Assembly (NCBI GenBank): GCA_963805925.1
Contig: CAWDWB010000005.1
Span: 18,247-82,246, forward strand
Source: an uncultured Acidobacteriota bacterium
Lineage (GTDB): Bacteria; Acidobacteriota; Terriglobia; Bryobacterales; UBA6623
DNA length: 64,000 nucleotides
Reading direction: 5' to 3'
Shown here: piece after piece, positions 46,736-55,570 of the stretch
Numbering within the stretch: the stretch's first letter is position 1
Layout: each line of letters starts with the position of its first letter
The notes under the pieces: model-generated
Told to the model about the DNA's origin: nothing
The model's database searches: none
What the model saw: only the letters and a program-made list of their open reading frames with translations
Program-made: the position numbers and the translations under genes

Positions 46736-47527
46736 TTAACGCGTCAGGCTATTGGCTTCTTGCAGCATTTCGTCGGCCGCGCGGACGACGCGCGAGTTGG
46801 CTTCGTAGGCGCGTTGGCTAGTGATCATGTGGATGAACTCTTCGACGATGCTGACGTTGGAACCTTCGAGCATTCCTTGGCGCAGTGCGCCCATGCCTTC
46901 TTGGCCGCCGGGCGTGCCGACGACGGGGTCGCCGGAGGCTTCGGTGGGCTGGAAGAGGTTGCTGCCGAGGGCGCGCAGACCGGCAGGGTTTTGGAAATCG
47001 GCGATCTGCAGCAGGCCTGCTTGGCTGGCTTGATTTTGTCCGGTCAAGGTGTAGCTGACCGTCCCGTCGTTGGCGATGGAGACGTTCAACGCCTCGCGGG
47101 GGACGGCGATGTTGGGGTCCAAGAGATCTCCGTTGGAGGTGACGAGGTTGCCGTCACGGTCGAGTTGGAACGAACCAGCACGGGTGTAGGCGAGCTCCCC
47201 GGTCGGCATGACGACCTGGAAGAATCCTTTGCCTTCGATGACCACGTCGAGCGGATTGTCGGTGCTGATAAAGTCGCCTTGTTTGAAGATGACTTCATTG
47301 GAGACGACGCGCGTCCCCAGGCCGAGCTGCAGGCCCGCCGGGAACGTCGTTTGCTGGCCCGACGCGGTGCCGGGGGCGACAAGGTTTTGGTAGAGCAGGT
47401 CTTGGAACTGAACGCGACGGTGCTTGAAGCCGGTGGTGTTGGCGTTGGCCAGATTGTTGGCCGTGTTGTCGACGTTCAGTTGTTGGGCGACCATGCCGCT
47501 GGCGGCGCTGTAGAGGGCTCGTATCAT
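46736..47527 (-). CDS. flgG: Flagellar distal rod protein
   Basis: MIRALYSAASGMVAQQLNVDNTANNLANANTTGFK.. and ..LEGSNVSIVEEFIHMITSQRAYEANSRVV.. . Confidence 0.93.
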   Translation of the reverse strand: MIRALYSAASGMVAQQLNVDNTANNLANANTTGFKHRRVQFQDLLYQNLVAPGTASGQQTTFPAGLQLGLGTRVVSNEVIFKQGDFISTDNPLDVVIEGKGFFQVVMPTGELAYTRAGSFQLDRDGNLVTSNGDLLDPNIAVPREALNVSIANDGTVSYTLTGQNQASQAGLLQIADFQNPAGLRALGSNLFQPTEASGDPVVGTPGGQEGMGALRQGMLEGSNVSIVEEFIHMITSQRAYEANSRVVRAADEMLQEANSLTR

Positions 47528-47551
47528 GGGTCTTCCTTCTATTCACGTGAA

Positions 47552-48292
47552 TCAGCGAATCGCGCCTAAGCGTTCCACCGCTTGGCCTTCCATTTCATCG
47601 CCGACGAGACTGGCTGCGCGGCGAAGCAGATCGAAGTGCCGCGATGCAGCGATGAGTCGCACGGCGGATTCCGGTACGTTGACGTTGGCGCCCTCGAGAG
47701 AGCCCTGCTGCACGGTCGTCGTGGCGTTGGGCGCCGGCTTGACCCCTTCTTGGAGAGAGAACAGGGTGTGTCCCACTTTCTTGAGGACGCGTGGTTCTGA
47801 GAATTCCTCGACAAGCAGTTGTCCCGCGGCGATCCCGCCAACTTCGATGCCGCCGTTCTGAGAGATCTCGAGTTCTCCCTCGCGCGGCAACACGATCGGC
47901 TGACGGTCGGACCCAAGAACGGGCAGCCCGTCGGACGTGCGCAGCATCCCTTGGGCGTCGAGTTGCAGCGAGCCGTTGCGCGTGTAGAGTTCGCCTTTCG
48001 GCGTCTGCACGACAAGGAAGCCGGGGCCGGAGAGTGCGACATCGAGTGTGGAGCCGGTGGTTTGCATCGTCCCCTGGCGGAAATCGGTGCGGCTGGCCTC
48101 GATGTAGGGCATCTCGGGGCGTCCGACGGCGCCTTGGCCGGGTCGCGAGAGCGCGGCGTCGAACAGCCGGTAAAACTCTTGGTCGGCCTTGAATCCGTTA
48201 GCGCCGGCGTTGGCAATGTTGTTACTGATGACGTCAAGGGATTCCATGCGAGCGCGCATTCCGGCGGCGGCGGTGAGCAGGGCAGGATTCAT
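47552..48292 (-). CDS. flgF: Flagellar proximal rod protein
   Basis: From ATG 48292: MNPALLTAAAGMRARMESLDVISNNIANAGANGFK.. . C-terminus ..LEGANVNVPESAVRLIAASRHFDLL.. . Confidence 0.85.
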   Translation of the reverse strand: MNPALLTAAAGMRARMESLDVISNNIANAGANGFKADQEFYRLFDAALSRPGQGAVGRPEMPYIEASRTDFRQGTMQTTGSTLDVALSGPGFLVVQTPKGELYTRNGSLQLDAQGMLRTSDGLPVLGSDRQPIVLPREGELEISQNGGIEVGGIAAGQLLVEEFSEPRVLKKVGHTLFSLQEGVKPAPNATTTVQQGSLEGANVNVPESAVRLIAASRHFDLLRRAASLVGDEMEGQAVERLGAIR

Positions 48293-48389
48293 CTCATAAG
48301 CGGTTAAGCAATCGTCGTACCACTCTGGAAGGCCTGCAAACAGGGCGTGCGGGGACGCCAAGGCGTCACCGATCTGACAAAGCGACGAC

Positions 48390-48418
48390 ATTATGGCGGC
48401 GTCCTGCGACGACGTCAA
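48390..48418 (-). promoter_or_regulatory. Sigma-70-type promoter candidate for the flgF-flgJ operon
   Basis: The minus strand reads TTGACG-N17-CATAAT, about 95 nt upstream of the flgF ATG. Confidence 0.5.
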
Positions 48419-48452
48419 ACGCTAAGTGGCGCATTTTGAGCGGAAATCGGTT

Positions 48453-48468
48453 TGGCCCGTGAGTTGCG
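48453..48468 (+). promoter_or_regulatory. Sigma-54 (-24/-12) promoter candidate upstream of fliK
   Basis: TGGCCCG-TGAG-TTGCG against the consensus TGGCACG-N4-TTGCW, with correct GG/GC spacing. A weaker second match, TGGCGCA-TTTT-GAGCG, lies at 48427-48442. Confidence 0.45.
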
Positions 48469-48481
48469 AAGCTCAGCTCGA

Positions 48482-50419
48482 ATGACAAGCGTTCCGCAAC
48501 TGCCCGTTGAAGCGCCGTCGACGAAGGCTCTCCCAAAAGGCGAGACGCCGCGCGACCGCGCCAACAAGCAAACGGAAGAGGGCGGAGAAGGACTATTCGC
48601 AGCCGTGCTTGCTCAGGCGCTGCCTGAGCGCCAGCAAGCAGCGAAGGCAGCGAAGACGGAACCGACCGCTGAGTCGAAGAGTTCGAAAGTCGGCGGAGAG
48701 GGTATTGCGGCGGAGGATGTGGAGGCGTCTGTTGTAGCCGATACGCAAGCAGCGCCGGCGCCCGGAATCCCGGCCAAGGCGGTGAAGTCGGAAGCGACCG
48801 CGCTAGCCGTCGAGGCCAGGCCGGTTCTTGTGGCGGTGCAGGCCGAGGAAGTTGCCGCTGAGACGCTAACGGAGTTGGGCGAGGAACAGGTGAGCGTTAC
48901 GGAGACGTTGGAGGGTCAGCCTGTTGGCGTCCCTGCTGCAGCGCCCGCTGAGGGAGGCCCGGTTTTGGAAGTCCGGCCCGCAGCTGCGGAGGTTGAGGTT
49001 GACGAGGCGCGGCGGCAGGACCGTACGCAATCCCTAAACAGGCCGCCCTCAACTCCGCGGTTGGAGACGACAGCTGACAAACCGGCAGCGAAATCCCAAG
49101 AAGAGCGGCGACCGACAGAGCGCCCGCAGGAACAGCAGGCGGAGTCGGTACATGCTGATTTGAAGGCGGCTGCCGTGGTGTACGTTGTGGACGCGCCGGC
49201 GCCGGGAGCGGCCCCGGTGCAGGCGGTGCAACCGCCGTGTGAGGTGTCAACCGCGCCGACGAAGACGGAAACGCTGCCCGGTCCGAGGGAGGCCGGCGCA
49301 GGCGCACCGAGGCTTATCGCCGAGACGCCGGGTGCATCGAAGGCTGAGTTGCCAAAGGCGGATGCCCCCCCGGTGATCGAGTTCCAAGTACGCAAGGAAA
49401 CGCCCGCTCAGGAAGTTCTCCAGGAGCCGCAGACTGCGGACTGGGCGAGAGAGATAGAGTCCGAGGCACAGCCGAAAGCCGCGGCGTCCAGCAAACCGAC
49501 GGAGACCCCGGCGAATACAACGCCGCAAAAGGTGACTGGCGCGCCGTCCGTTGAGGCTGTGCCGGTTGCGAAACCAACGGAGAAGGTGGTTGCTATCGCT
49601 GTCGTTGCTGCCCCAGAGCCAGAGCCGGTAAACGCGAAAGAGGACCAACGGGCGCGGCTCAGGCCGTCGGCGGAACACAGCGATGGCCGGCGCGCCGCGC
49701 AGCAGGCGGTTAACGTTGCGCCCCGAGCCGACGTGCGCGAGAAAGACGCTCAAGCGGGGCGCGGCGGATCCGGCGATGTGCAGCGCGCCGGGGATGAGAG
49801 CGTTCAAACCAAGGCGACGCCGAAGCCCGAGGTCGTGAGGACTGAAAATGTTGCCGCCGTTTCCGTCGATCCCGTGGCGGAGCCGGAACGCTCCAAGCAG
49901 GTTGCAGCTAAGCCGACAGCAGTCGCGCAGCCCGCAGCGCAGGCGGCAGTCGGAGAGCGAGCCGCGCCGCTGAACAGCATTCCGCAGGAGGCCTCCGCTG
50001 CTCCTCCGGCTGAAGAGGCGCGTCCCGTGGTTTCGGCCGGCGTCCCGAGGGAGCCGGCGATCAGCGCCGAATTACAGCAAGAGAACAGACGGACAACGCT
50101 GAACGTTGTGCTGCAAGACGAACGGTTAGGACGCGTGGCGTTGCAATTGGTGGAACGCGGCGGCTGGATTGAGACGGCGATTCGGGCCAGCGATCCACGT
50201 ACCGTGCAGCTGCTGTCTAACGGCGCCGCAGGGCTTCTCGAAGCGTTGCAGCATGGTGGCCTATCGTTGGCGGCAGGCAACGGCGCTTCGGCATGGGATG
50301 CGCAAGAAGGCCAACGAAGAGACAACCCCCAACGCGACCAAGAGTCACAGAGAAAGCGGTTCCGGTTGCGTCGGAGCGGCGGAGAATTTGAAGGCGCATT
50401 GGCGCGGGCGGAAGGATAG
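48482..50419 (+). CDS. fliK: Flagellar hook-length control protein
   Basis: Long Ala/Pro/Glu-rich body. C-terminal ..LNVVLQDERLGRVALQLVERGGWIETAIRASDPRTVQLLSNGAAGLLEALQHGGL.. matches the FliK C-terminal domain. The start is uncertain (TTG 48452 or ATG 48482). Confidence 0.75.
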   Translation: MTSVPQLPVEAPSTKALPKGETPRDRANKQTEEGGEGLFAAVLAQALPERQQAAKAAKTEPTAESKSSKVGGEGIAAEDVEASVVADTQAAPAPGIPAKAVKSEATALAVEARPVLVAVQAEEVAAETLTELGEEQVSVTETLEGQPVGVPAAAPAEGGPVLEVRPAAAEVEVDEARRQDRTQSLNRPPSTPRLETTADKPAAKSQEERRPTERPQEQQAESVHADLKAAAVVYVVDAPAPGAAPVQAVQPPCEVSTAPTKTETLPGPREAGAGAPRLIAETPGASKAELPKADAPPVIEFQVRKETPAQEVLQEPQTADWAREIESEAQPKAAASSKPTETPANTTPQKVTGAPSVEAVPVAKPTEKVVAIAVVAAPEPEPVNAKEDQRARLRPSAEHSDGRRAAQQAVNVAPRADVREKDAQAGRGGSGDVQRAGDESVQTKATPKPEVVRTENVAAVSVDPVAEPERSKQVAAKPTAVAQPAAQAAVGERAAPLNSIPQEASAAPPAEEARPVVSAGVPREPAISAELQQENRRTTLNVVLQDERLGRVALQLVERGGWIETAIRASDPRTVQLLSNGAAGLLEALQHGGLSLAAGNGASAWDAQEGQRRDNPQRDQESQRKRFRLRRSGGEFEGALARAEG

Positions 50420-50428
50420 GAGAAGCAA

Positions 50429-50707
50429 ATGGTGGATGCAACGCAGTCAACTTCAGGCGCGGCAGGCGCCCAAGGAGGGGCCGGGATTTTCGACTCGACC
50501 CGCGCCGATACGGGGACGTTTTTGCGTCTGCTGGTGACGCAGGTTCAGAATCAGGATCCGCTGAACCCCCAAGACCCAACGCAGTTCGTGAGCCAACTGG
50601 CGCAGTTTAGTTCGCTCGAACAACTGCTCAACGTCAACAAGCAACTTGAGGTTATCGCCGCCAACAGCGAGCCGACCACAGCAACAGAGGAAATCACCAA
50701 TGCCTAG
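50429..50707 (+). CDS. flgD: Flagellar hook capping/scaffold protein, N-terminal domain only (92 aa)
   Basis: ..[45 protein letters not shown].. is the FlgD N-terminal signature. The stop overlaps the flgE start. Confidence 0.75.
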   Translation: MVDATQSTSGAAGAQGGAGIFDSTRADTGTFLRLLVTQVQNQDPLNPQDPTQFVSQLAQFSSLEQLLNVNKQLEVIAANSEPTTATEEITNA

Positions 50708-52001
50708 TGCGTTTTTTACCGGCCTATCGGGCCTCAGCTCTCATTCCCGCGCCGTCGAAGTGGTGGCGAACAATTTGGCCAACTTGAACACCTTGTCGTT
50801 CAAGGGCAGCCGCTCGGACTTCCGCGACTTGTTCTACCAGAACATCGGACAGAGCCGCTCCGGCGTCGCGTCGCAGGTCGGCATTGGCGCGGCGCCGATT
50901 ACAGTGTCGCGGCGATTCGATCAGGGCGTGATTCAGAGCACGGGCGGATTGCTCGACGCGGCGGTGCAGGGGGAAGGCTTTTTCATCGTTAGCGACAACA
51001 ACCTGGTGCAGTATACGCGCGCGGGAAATTTCCAGCTGAACGCAGACCAGGAGTTGGTGACGCTGAACGGCGAGAGCGTGCAGGGCTGGATTCGCGACCG
51101 CGTGGGCGGAACCGTGGACACGCTGCAACCGATCGGGTCGATCACGCTGCAGGGCAACGATCGAATCGAACCGACGGCGACCTCGGAGTTGTCGATTGCG
51201 GCGAATTTGCAGAGCGGGTCGACGCTGGAGTTTTCACGCCCGATTCAGATATTCGACTCGCTTGGTAGTCCGCACGTCATGACCTTGACGTTTACGCCCA
51301 CAGCGCCGACCGTGGCGACAAACTCCAACGCATTTAGGGTATCGGTCTCTCTACCGGCAGGCGACGTGGTTGACGTGGGTACGGGAAACCCGCCGCTGAT
51401 TGACCCCAATCTGGTCACCCCGCAGCCGCTGGTCATCGAGTTCGACGAGAACGGCGATCTCGACACGACGACCTCGGCGACCTCGATCAGCATCGATATG
51501 GCAACCAACGGCATGTCATACAAGAACGGCGCCGGCGATCTGCTCGTGAACTGGAACCTGCTGGATAATCTTGGCCAGGCGCGACTGACCAGCGTCGCGT
51601 CGCCATCGGCAGTGACGGACATCTACCAGGATGGGTCGGCGTCATCGGAACTTGTTTCGATCCAAATTGCCGACTCGGGCAAGCTGAACGGCATCTATTC
51701 GGACGGTCGAACTCTATTGCTGGCGCAGCTGGCCTTAGCGCGCTTCACGAATCCGCAGGCGCTCCAGGCCGTTGGTAACAACAACTATGTGCCGACGACG
51801 AGCGCGGGCCTGCCGATTACGGGAACGGCGAATACGGCGGGACTCGGCTCGGTCGTTGGACTATCGCTGGAAGCGTCCAACGTCGATATTGCCCAAGAGT
51901 TCACCAACTTGCTGACTTATCAGCGAGGGTTTCAAGCCAACTCGCGCGTCATCACAACGGCAGACGAGTTGAATCAGGAAGCTCTCAATTTAAAGAGGTG
52001 A
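50700..52001 (+). CDS. flgE: Flagellar hook protein
   Basis: From ATG 50700: [35 protein letters not shown].. . C-terminus ..[35 protein letters not shown].. . Confidence 0.9.
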   Translation: MPSAFFTGLSGLSSHSRAVEVVANNLANLNTLSFKGSRSDFRDLFYQNIGQSRSGVASQVGIGAAPITVSRRFDQGVIQSTGGLLDAAVQGEGFFIVSDNNLVQYTRAGNFQLNADQELVTLNGESVQGWIRDRVGGTVDTLQPIGSITLQGNDRIEPTATSELSIAANLQSGSTLEFSRPIQIFDSLGSPHVMTLTFTPTAPTVATNSNAFRVSVSLPAGDVVDVGTGNPPLIDPNLVTPQPLVIEFDENGDLDTTTSATSISIDMATNGMSYKNGAGDLLVNWNLLDNLGQARLTSVASPSAVTDIYQDGSASSELVSIQIADSGKLNGIYSDGRTLLLAQLALARFTNPQALQAVGNNNYVPTTSAGLPITGTANTAGLGSVVGLSLEASNVDIAQEFTNLLTYQRGFQANSRVITTADELNQEALNLKR

Positions 52002-52018
52002 ACTGAGGGGCAAACACG

Positions 52019-52330
52019 TTGGACGAGCCGGAGGAGTCACAGAAGGTTGAGGCGCCGCAAAAGGAAGCAGCGGCCGCGACTCCACCCTCGGAGTTTGATC
52101 GTTTTCGAGACTTGCCCATACGGGCGGCGGTCCATCTGGATCGCCGCCGCCTACTCGTGCGCGAGCTGTTGAGCCTAGAACGCGAGTCCGTGATCCGGCT
52201 GGAGCGGTCTGCCGGGGAGAATGTGGATCTCCTGTTAAACGGGTTGCTTGTCGGCAGCGGGGAGATTGTCGTGATCGACGAACTGGTGGGCCTGCGCATC
52301 ACGGATATTCGCAAGGAAGGTCCCAAGTGA
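52019..52330 (+). CDS. fliN: Small FliN-type switch protein (SpoA domain)
   Basis: ..LPIRAAVHLDRRRLLVRELLSLERESVIRLERSAGENVDLLLNGLLVGSGEIVVIDELVGLRITDI.. . TTG start with GAGGGG upstream. Confidence 0.8.
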   Translation: MDEPEESQKVEAPQKEAAAATPPSEFDRFRDLPIRAAVHLDRRRLLVRELLSLERESVIRLERSAGENVDLLLNGLLVGSGEIVVIDELVGLRITDIRKEGPK

Positions 52331-53358
52331 TCGAATCGATGCCGGCGCTAATCGCCGTCGTCGGCGTGCTCGCGTTTGCGGCGTTTGGGCTGCGGCGCTT
52401 GGAGCGGACCCAACGCCGGGGCCGCTTGCAGGTGATCGAGACGACCGTGCTGGGACCCCAACGAACTGCGGCCGTACTGCGAGCAGGCTCACGGTGCTTC
52501 TTGATTGCCGCCACGAATACAGATATCTCAACGATCGCCGAGTTGGATCCGGCGGAGTGGGAAGGGGAAGTCAAAACCGAGGCAAAGACGAAGCCGATGA
52601 GTGAACTCCTGAGGAGACTCCCGCTTTGGTTGGTGTTGATGGCGATTACGGCGGGCATTGCAGCAGCGCAGGTTCAGTCGCCGACGGCCCCAATTGTGCC
52701 CGACATTCGGGTGATCGATCAACCGCAGCAGATGGGTCTGCCCATGCAGATTCTGTTGCTGATGACGCTGATGACGCTGATTCCGGCGGCGCTGGCATCG
52801 GTGACGCCGTTCCTCAGAATCGTTGTCGTGTTGCACTTCTTGAGGCAGGCGATTGGGACGCAGACGGCGCCCGGAAATCAGACGCTGCTAGGACTGGCGT
52901 TGTTCCTGACGATCGTGTTGATGCAGCCGGTCGCCAATCAGGTTTACGAAGAAGCCGTCGTGCCCGTGCAGCAGGGCAAAATGACGAACTACGAGGGCCT
53001 CGAAGCGGCCAAGGGCCCGGTGAAGCGCTACCTGAGCCGGTTTGTGCGAGAGAAGGACGCGGCGCTGTTTCTCGACATCACGGGTCAGGAACGTCCGAGT
53101 TCGCCGGAGGATCTAGATCTGATTGTCTTGGCGCCGGCTTACATGCTTTCGGAGTTAAAGGTCTCCTTTCAGATTGGGGCGGTGCTGTTTTTGCCGTTTC
53201 TGATTATCGACTTGTTGGTGGCTTCAGTGACGTTGTCGTTGGGCATGATCCAATTACCGCCGGTGATGATTTCGACTCCGTTCAAGCTGTTGCTGTTTGT
53301 GCTGATCGACGGTTGGAACTTGGTGGTTGGTTCGTTGGTGAGAGGGTTCTACGGGTGA
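52327..53358 (+). CDS. fliP: FliO-like N-terminal module fused in frame to FliP (type III export gate)
   Basis: Residues 1-90 have a TM followed by ..LQVIETTVLGPQRTAAVLRAGSRCFLIAATNTDISTIAEL (FliO-like). From the internal ATG 52597 there is a signal-like MSELLRRLPLWLVLMAITAGIAAAQ, then the FliP core ..TPFLRIVVVLHFLRQAIGTQTAPGNQTLLGLALFLT.. . No stop separates the two. Confidence 0.85.
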   Translation: MIESMPALIAVVGVLAFAAFGLRRLERTQRRGRLQVIETTVLGPQRTAAVLRAGSRCFLIAATNTDISTIAELDPAEWEGEVKTEAKTKPMSELLRRLPLWLVLMAITAGIAAAQVQSPTAPIVPDIRVIDQPQQMGLPMQILLLMTLMTLIPAALASVTPFLRIVVVLHFLRQAIGTQTAPGNQTLLGLALFLTIVLMQPVANQVYEEAVVPVQQGKMTNYEGLEAAKGPVKRYLSRFVREKDAALFLDITGQERPSSPEDLDLIVLAPAYMLSELKVSFQIGAVLFLPFLIIDLLVASVTLSLGMIQLPPVMISTPFKLLLFVLIDGWNLVVGSLVRGFYG

Positions 53359-53624
53359 GCGTGGAGATGGCCATCGAGGTGGTCCGCCAAGCCTTCTGGG
53401 TCGCGCTGGTGACCGGGGCGCCGATCTTGGCGGTCGGCTTTGTGGGCGGGGTTGTCGTGAGTTTGGTGCAGATCCTGACTTCAATGCAGGACCCGGCGTT
53501 CAACACCGTCCCTAGGCTGTTAATTTTCATCGGTTCGGCGATGCTCCTATTGCCTTGGATGGCGGCGCAGATGATTACCTATTCGGAACAGTTGTTGGGT
53601 GGACTGGAACGATTCGCGCGATAA
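53355..53624 (+). CDS. fliQ: Flagellar export gate protein FliQ
   Basis: ..VVRQAFWVALVTGAPILAVGFVGGVVVSLVQILTSMQDPAFNTVPRLL.. . GTG 53355 overlaps the fliP stop (GTGA). ATG 53367 is an alternative start. Confidence 0.85.
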   Translation: MSVEMAIEVVRQAFWVALVTGAPILAVGFVGGVVVSLVQILTSMQDPAFNTVPRLLIFIGSAMLLLPWMAAQMITYSEQLLGGLERFAR

Positions 53625-53630
53625 GCGGCC

Positions 53631-54416
53631 GTGTTGGAACTGGATCTACCGGCGGCGTTCTTAGTCAACTGTGCGCTGTTGTTGTCGAGGATGGCCGCGT
53701 TTGTGGTGTTCGTCCCGATGCCGGCAGTGAGGGCCAGTCTGACGACGACGAAGATCGTCTTGGCCGGGGCCTTGACGGCGGTTGCGGCGCCGTACGCGGT
53801 GAGTACGATTCGCCCGGAAGACATTTCCAGCGTTGGAGTTCCTTGGCTGTTGTTGGCGGCAGGGATCTCCGAGGCCGCCTTAGGGGCGGCGCTGGGGGTT
53901 GCGCTGCGATTGACGTTGGAGGCCTTTGGCGTGGCGGCTCAAGCGCTGGGCTTCCAGGCCGGCTACTCGTACGTGAACATGGTCGACCCGACCAGCCAGG
54001 CCGACGCGTCGATTCTCAACGTGATCTTTGCGCTGACGGCAGACTTGTTGTTCTTGGCCACGGATCTGCATTTGTTTGCACTCAGAACGTTGATCGACGG
54101 CCTCCGGTTGCATCCGCTTGGTTCGTTCGTAACGCGCCCAGCCGACGCGCAAATGATCATCGAGTTAGGGGGCTACATGTTCGAGGCGGCCGTGCGGCTG
54201 GCCTTGCCGGTGATGGCGGTTCTGCTGCTGATCGACCTGACTCTGGGATTGCTGAATCAAGTCCACAGCAGGATGCAGCTGATTACCTTCTCGTTCACTC
54301 TCAAGTTGCTGGCCGGAACGGCGGTGATCGTGTTGATGCTGCCGATCGCCCCGAAGGTGTTCCAAGTGATGGCGGAGCACGGCGCCGAAACGATTGTCGG
54401 ACTACTAGGCCGGTGA
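53631..54416 (+). CDS. fliR: Flagellar export gate protein FliR
   Basis: 261-aa polytopic protein with ..FLVNCALLLSRMAAFVVFVP.. . Position between fliQ and flhB. Confidence 0.85.
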   Translation: MLELDLPAAFLVNCALLLSRMAAFVVFVPMPAVRASLTTTKIVLAGALTAVAAPYAVSTIRPEDISSVGVPWLLLAAGISEAALGAALGVALRLTLEAFGVAAQALGFQAGYSYVNMVDPTSQADASILNVIFALTADLLFLATDLHLFALRTLIDGLRLHPLGSFVTRPADAQMIIELGGYMFEAAVRLALPVMAVLLLIDLTLGLLNQVHSRMQLITFSFTLKLLAGTAVIVLMLPIAPKVFQVMAEHGAETIVGLLGR

Positions 54417-54422
54417 TGACTT

Positions 54423-55487
54423 GTGGCTGAAGATCGGGCGCAACGAACAGAAGACGCGACCCCTCGACGGCTGGAAAAGGCCAGGGAAGAGGGCCAGGTC
54501 GCCTCAAGCCGCGAGTTGACGATGGCCTTGCAGTTCGCTGCTGCTGTGGGTTTGCTGAGTCTATATTCCGAGCGCGTGGTGCGCGGCGTCATCCAGACGG
54601 CTCGAGGGTTGTTCGAACAGAGTTTTCGCAGAGAGCTAAGTGTTGGCGAGTTGCAGAGTCTCGCCGCGGCGGTCTTGCGGGACGGCATGTCGTTTGTGTT
54701 TCCGCTTGGGTTGTCCCTAGTAGCGATTGGCTTGTTGATGCATTTGGGCCAAACCGGCTTTGTCCTATCGGCGAAGAAACTGACGCCCGACGTCAATCGT
54801 TTGAACCCGTTGGCCAAGCTGCGGGACCTGCCGGGCGAGAACCTGTCGCAAACATTCAAGGCGGCGGTGCTGCTGCCGCTGTTCGCCGTCGTGTTGTGGC
54901 AGATCGTGAGTTCGCGGCTAGACGTCTTCCTGTCACTCGCGGCGATGACGGCTGCGGCGGGAACGGTAGCGGTCTCGCACGCGGTGTTGGATCTGCTGAT
55001 GAAGGCGGCGGTCTGCCTGGTCGTGCTGGGCCTGATCGATCTCTACCGTCAGCGTAGCCGTTTGAGCGGCAAGCTGAAGATGAGCAAGGAAGAGGTGCGG
55101 CGCGAGCATAAAGACCTCGAAGGAGATCCGCACATTAAGGCGCGTATGCGGCGGCTGCGGCGCGAGATGATGCGGCGGCGGATGATGAGCGACGTGCCCA
55201 AGGCAACCGTGGTCATCACCAACCCGACGCATTATGCCGTCGCGTTGCGCTACGAGCCGCAGGGGGCAGCGGCGCCGGTCGTCGTCGCCAAGGGCTTGGA
55301 TCTGATCGCCCTGCGTATTCGCTCCATCGCCGAAGAGCACGGCATCGCCATCGTCGAGAATCCGCCGCTGGCGCGCACGCTCTATCGCTCCGCGGAGATC
55401 GGTACAGAGATCCCCGAAGACCTCTATCGCACGGTGGCGGAGATCCTAGCGTACATCTACAGCCTGCGCGGCCAGCGGCCGTTCTAG
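54423..55487 (+). CDS. flhB: Flagellar export switch protein FlhB
   Basis: MAEDRAQRTEDATPRRLEKAREEGQV.. N-terminus and the NPTH autocleavage site (VVITNPTHYAVALRY). Confidence 0.92.
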   Translation: MAEDRAQRTEDATPRRLEKAREEGQVASSRELTMALQFAAAVGLLSLYSERVVRGVIQTARGLFEQSFRRELSVGELQSLAAAVLRDGMSFVFPLGLSLVAIGLLMHLGQTGFVLSAKKLTPDVNRLNPLAKLRDLPGENLSQTFKAAVLLPLFAVVLWQIVSSRLDVFLSLAAMTAAAGTVAVSHAVLDLLMKAAVCLVVLGLIDLYRQRSRLSGKLKMSKEEVRREHKDLEGDPHIKARMRRLRREMMRRRMMSDVPKATVVITNPTHYAVALRYEPQGAAAPVVVAKGLDLIALRIRSIAEEHGIAIVENPPLARTLYRSAEIGTEIPEDLYRTVAEILAYIYSLRGQRPF

Positions 55488-55517
55488 GGACGAATAGGGG
55501 AGCTATTAAAGAATTCG

Positions 55518-55546
55518 TTGACAAGCCGCGGAGCTGGCGTTATGCT
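55518..55546 (+). promoter_or_regulatory. Sigma-70-type promoter for the BlaI/BlaR1-like pair
   Basis: TTGACA-N17-TATGCT. The -10 ends 24 nt before the repressor ATG. Confidence 0.55.
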
Positions 55547-55547
55547 C

Positions 55548-55567
55548 ACTACGTATTCGTTAGTAGT
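55548..55567 (+). promoter_or_regulatory. Inverted repeat (candidate BlaI-family operator)
   Basis: ACTAC-N10-GTAGT, lying between the -10 hexamer and the ATG at 55571. Confidence 0.35.
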
Positions 55568-55570
55568 CAA

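Noticed and set aside
46700-47569. 289-aa plus-strand ORF antisense to flgG
   Set aside because: Shadow ORF of an unambiguous flgG.
52626-53354. First ~243 codons of the 332-aa ORF call 52626-53624
   Set aside because: Alternative frame of fliP with Arg/Gly-rich nonsense. Only the last ~90 codons (fliQ) are real.
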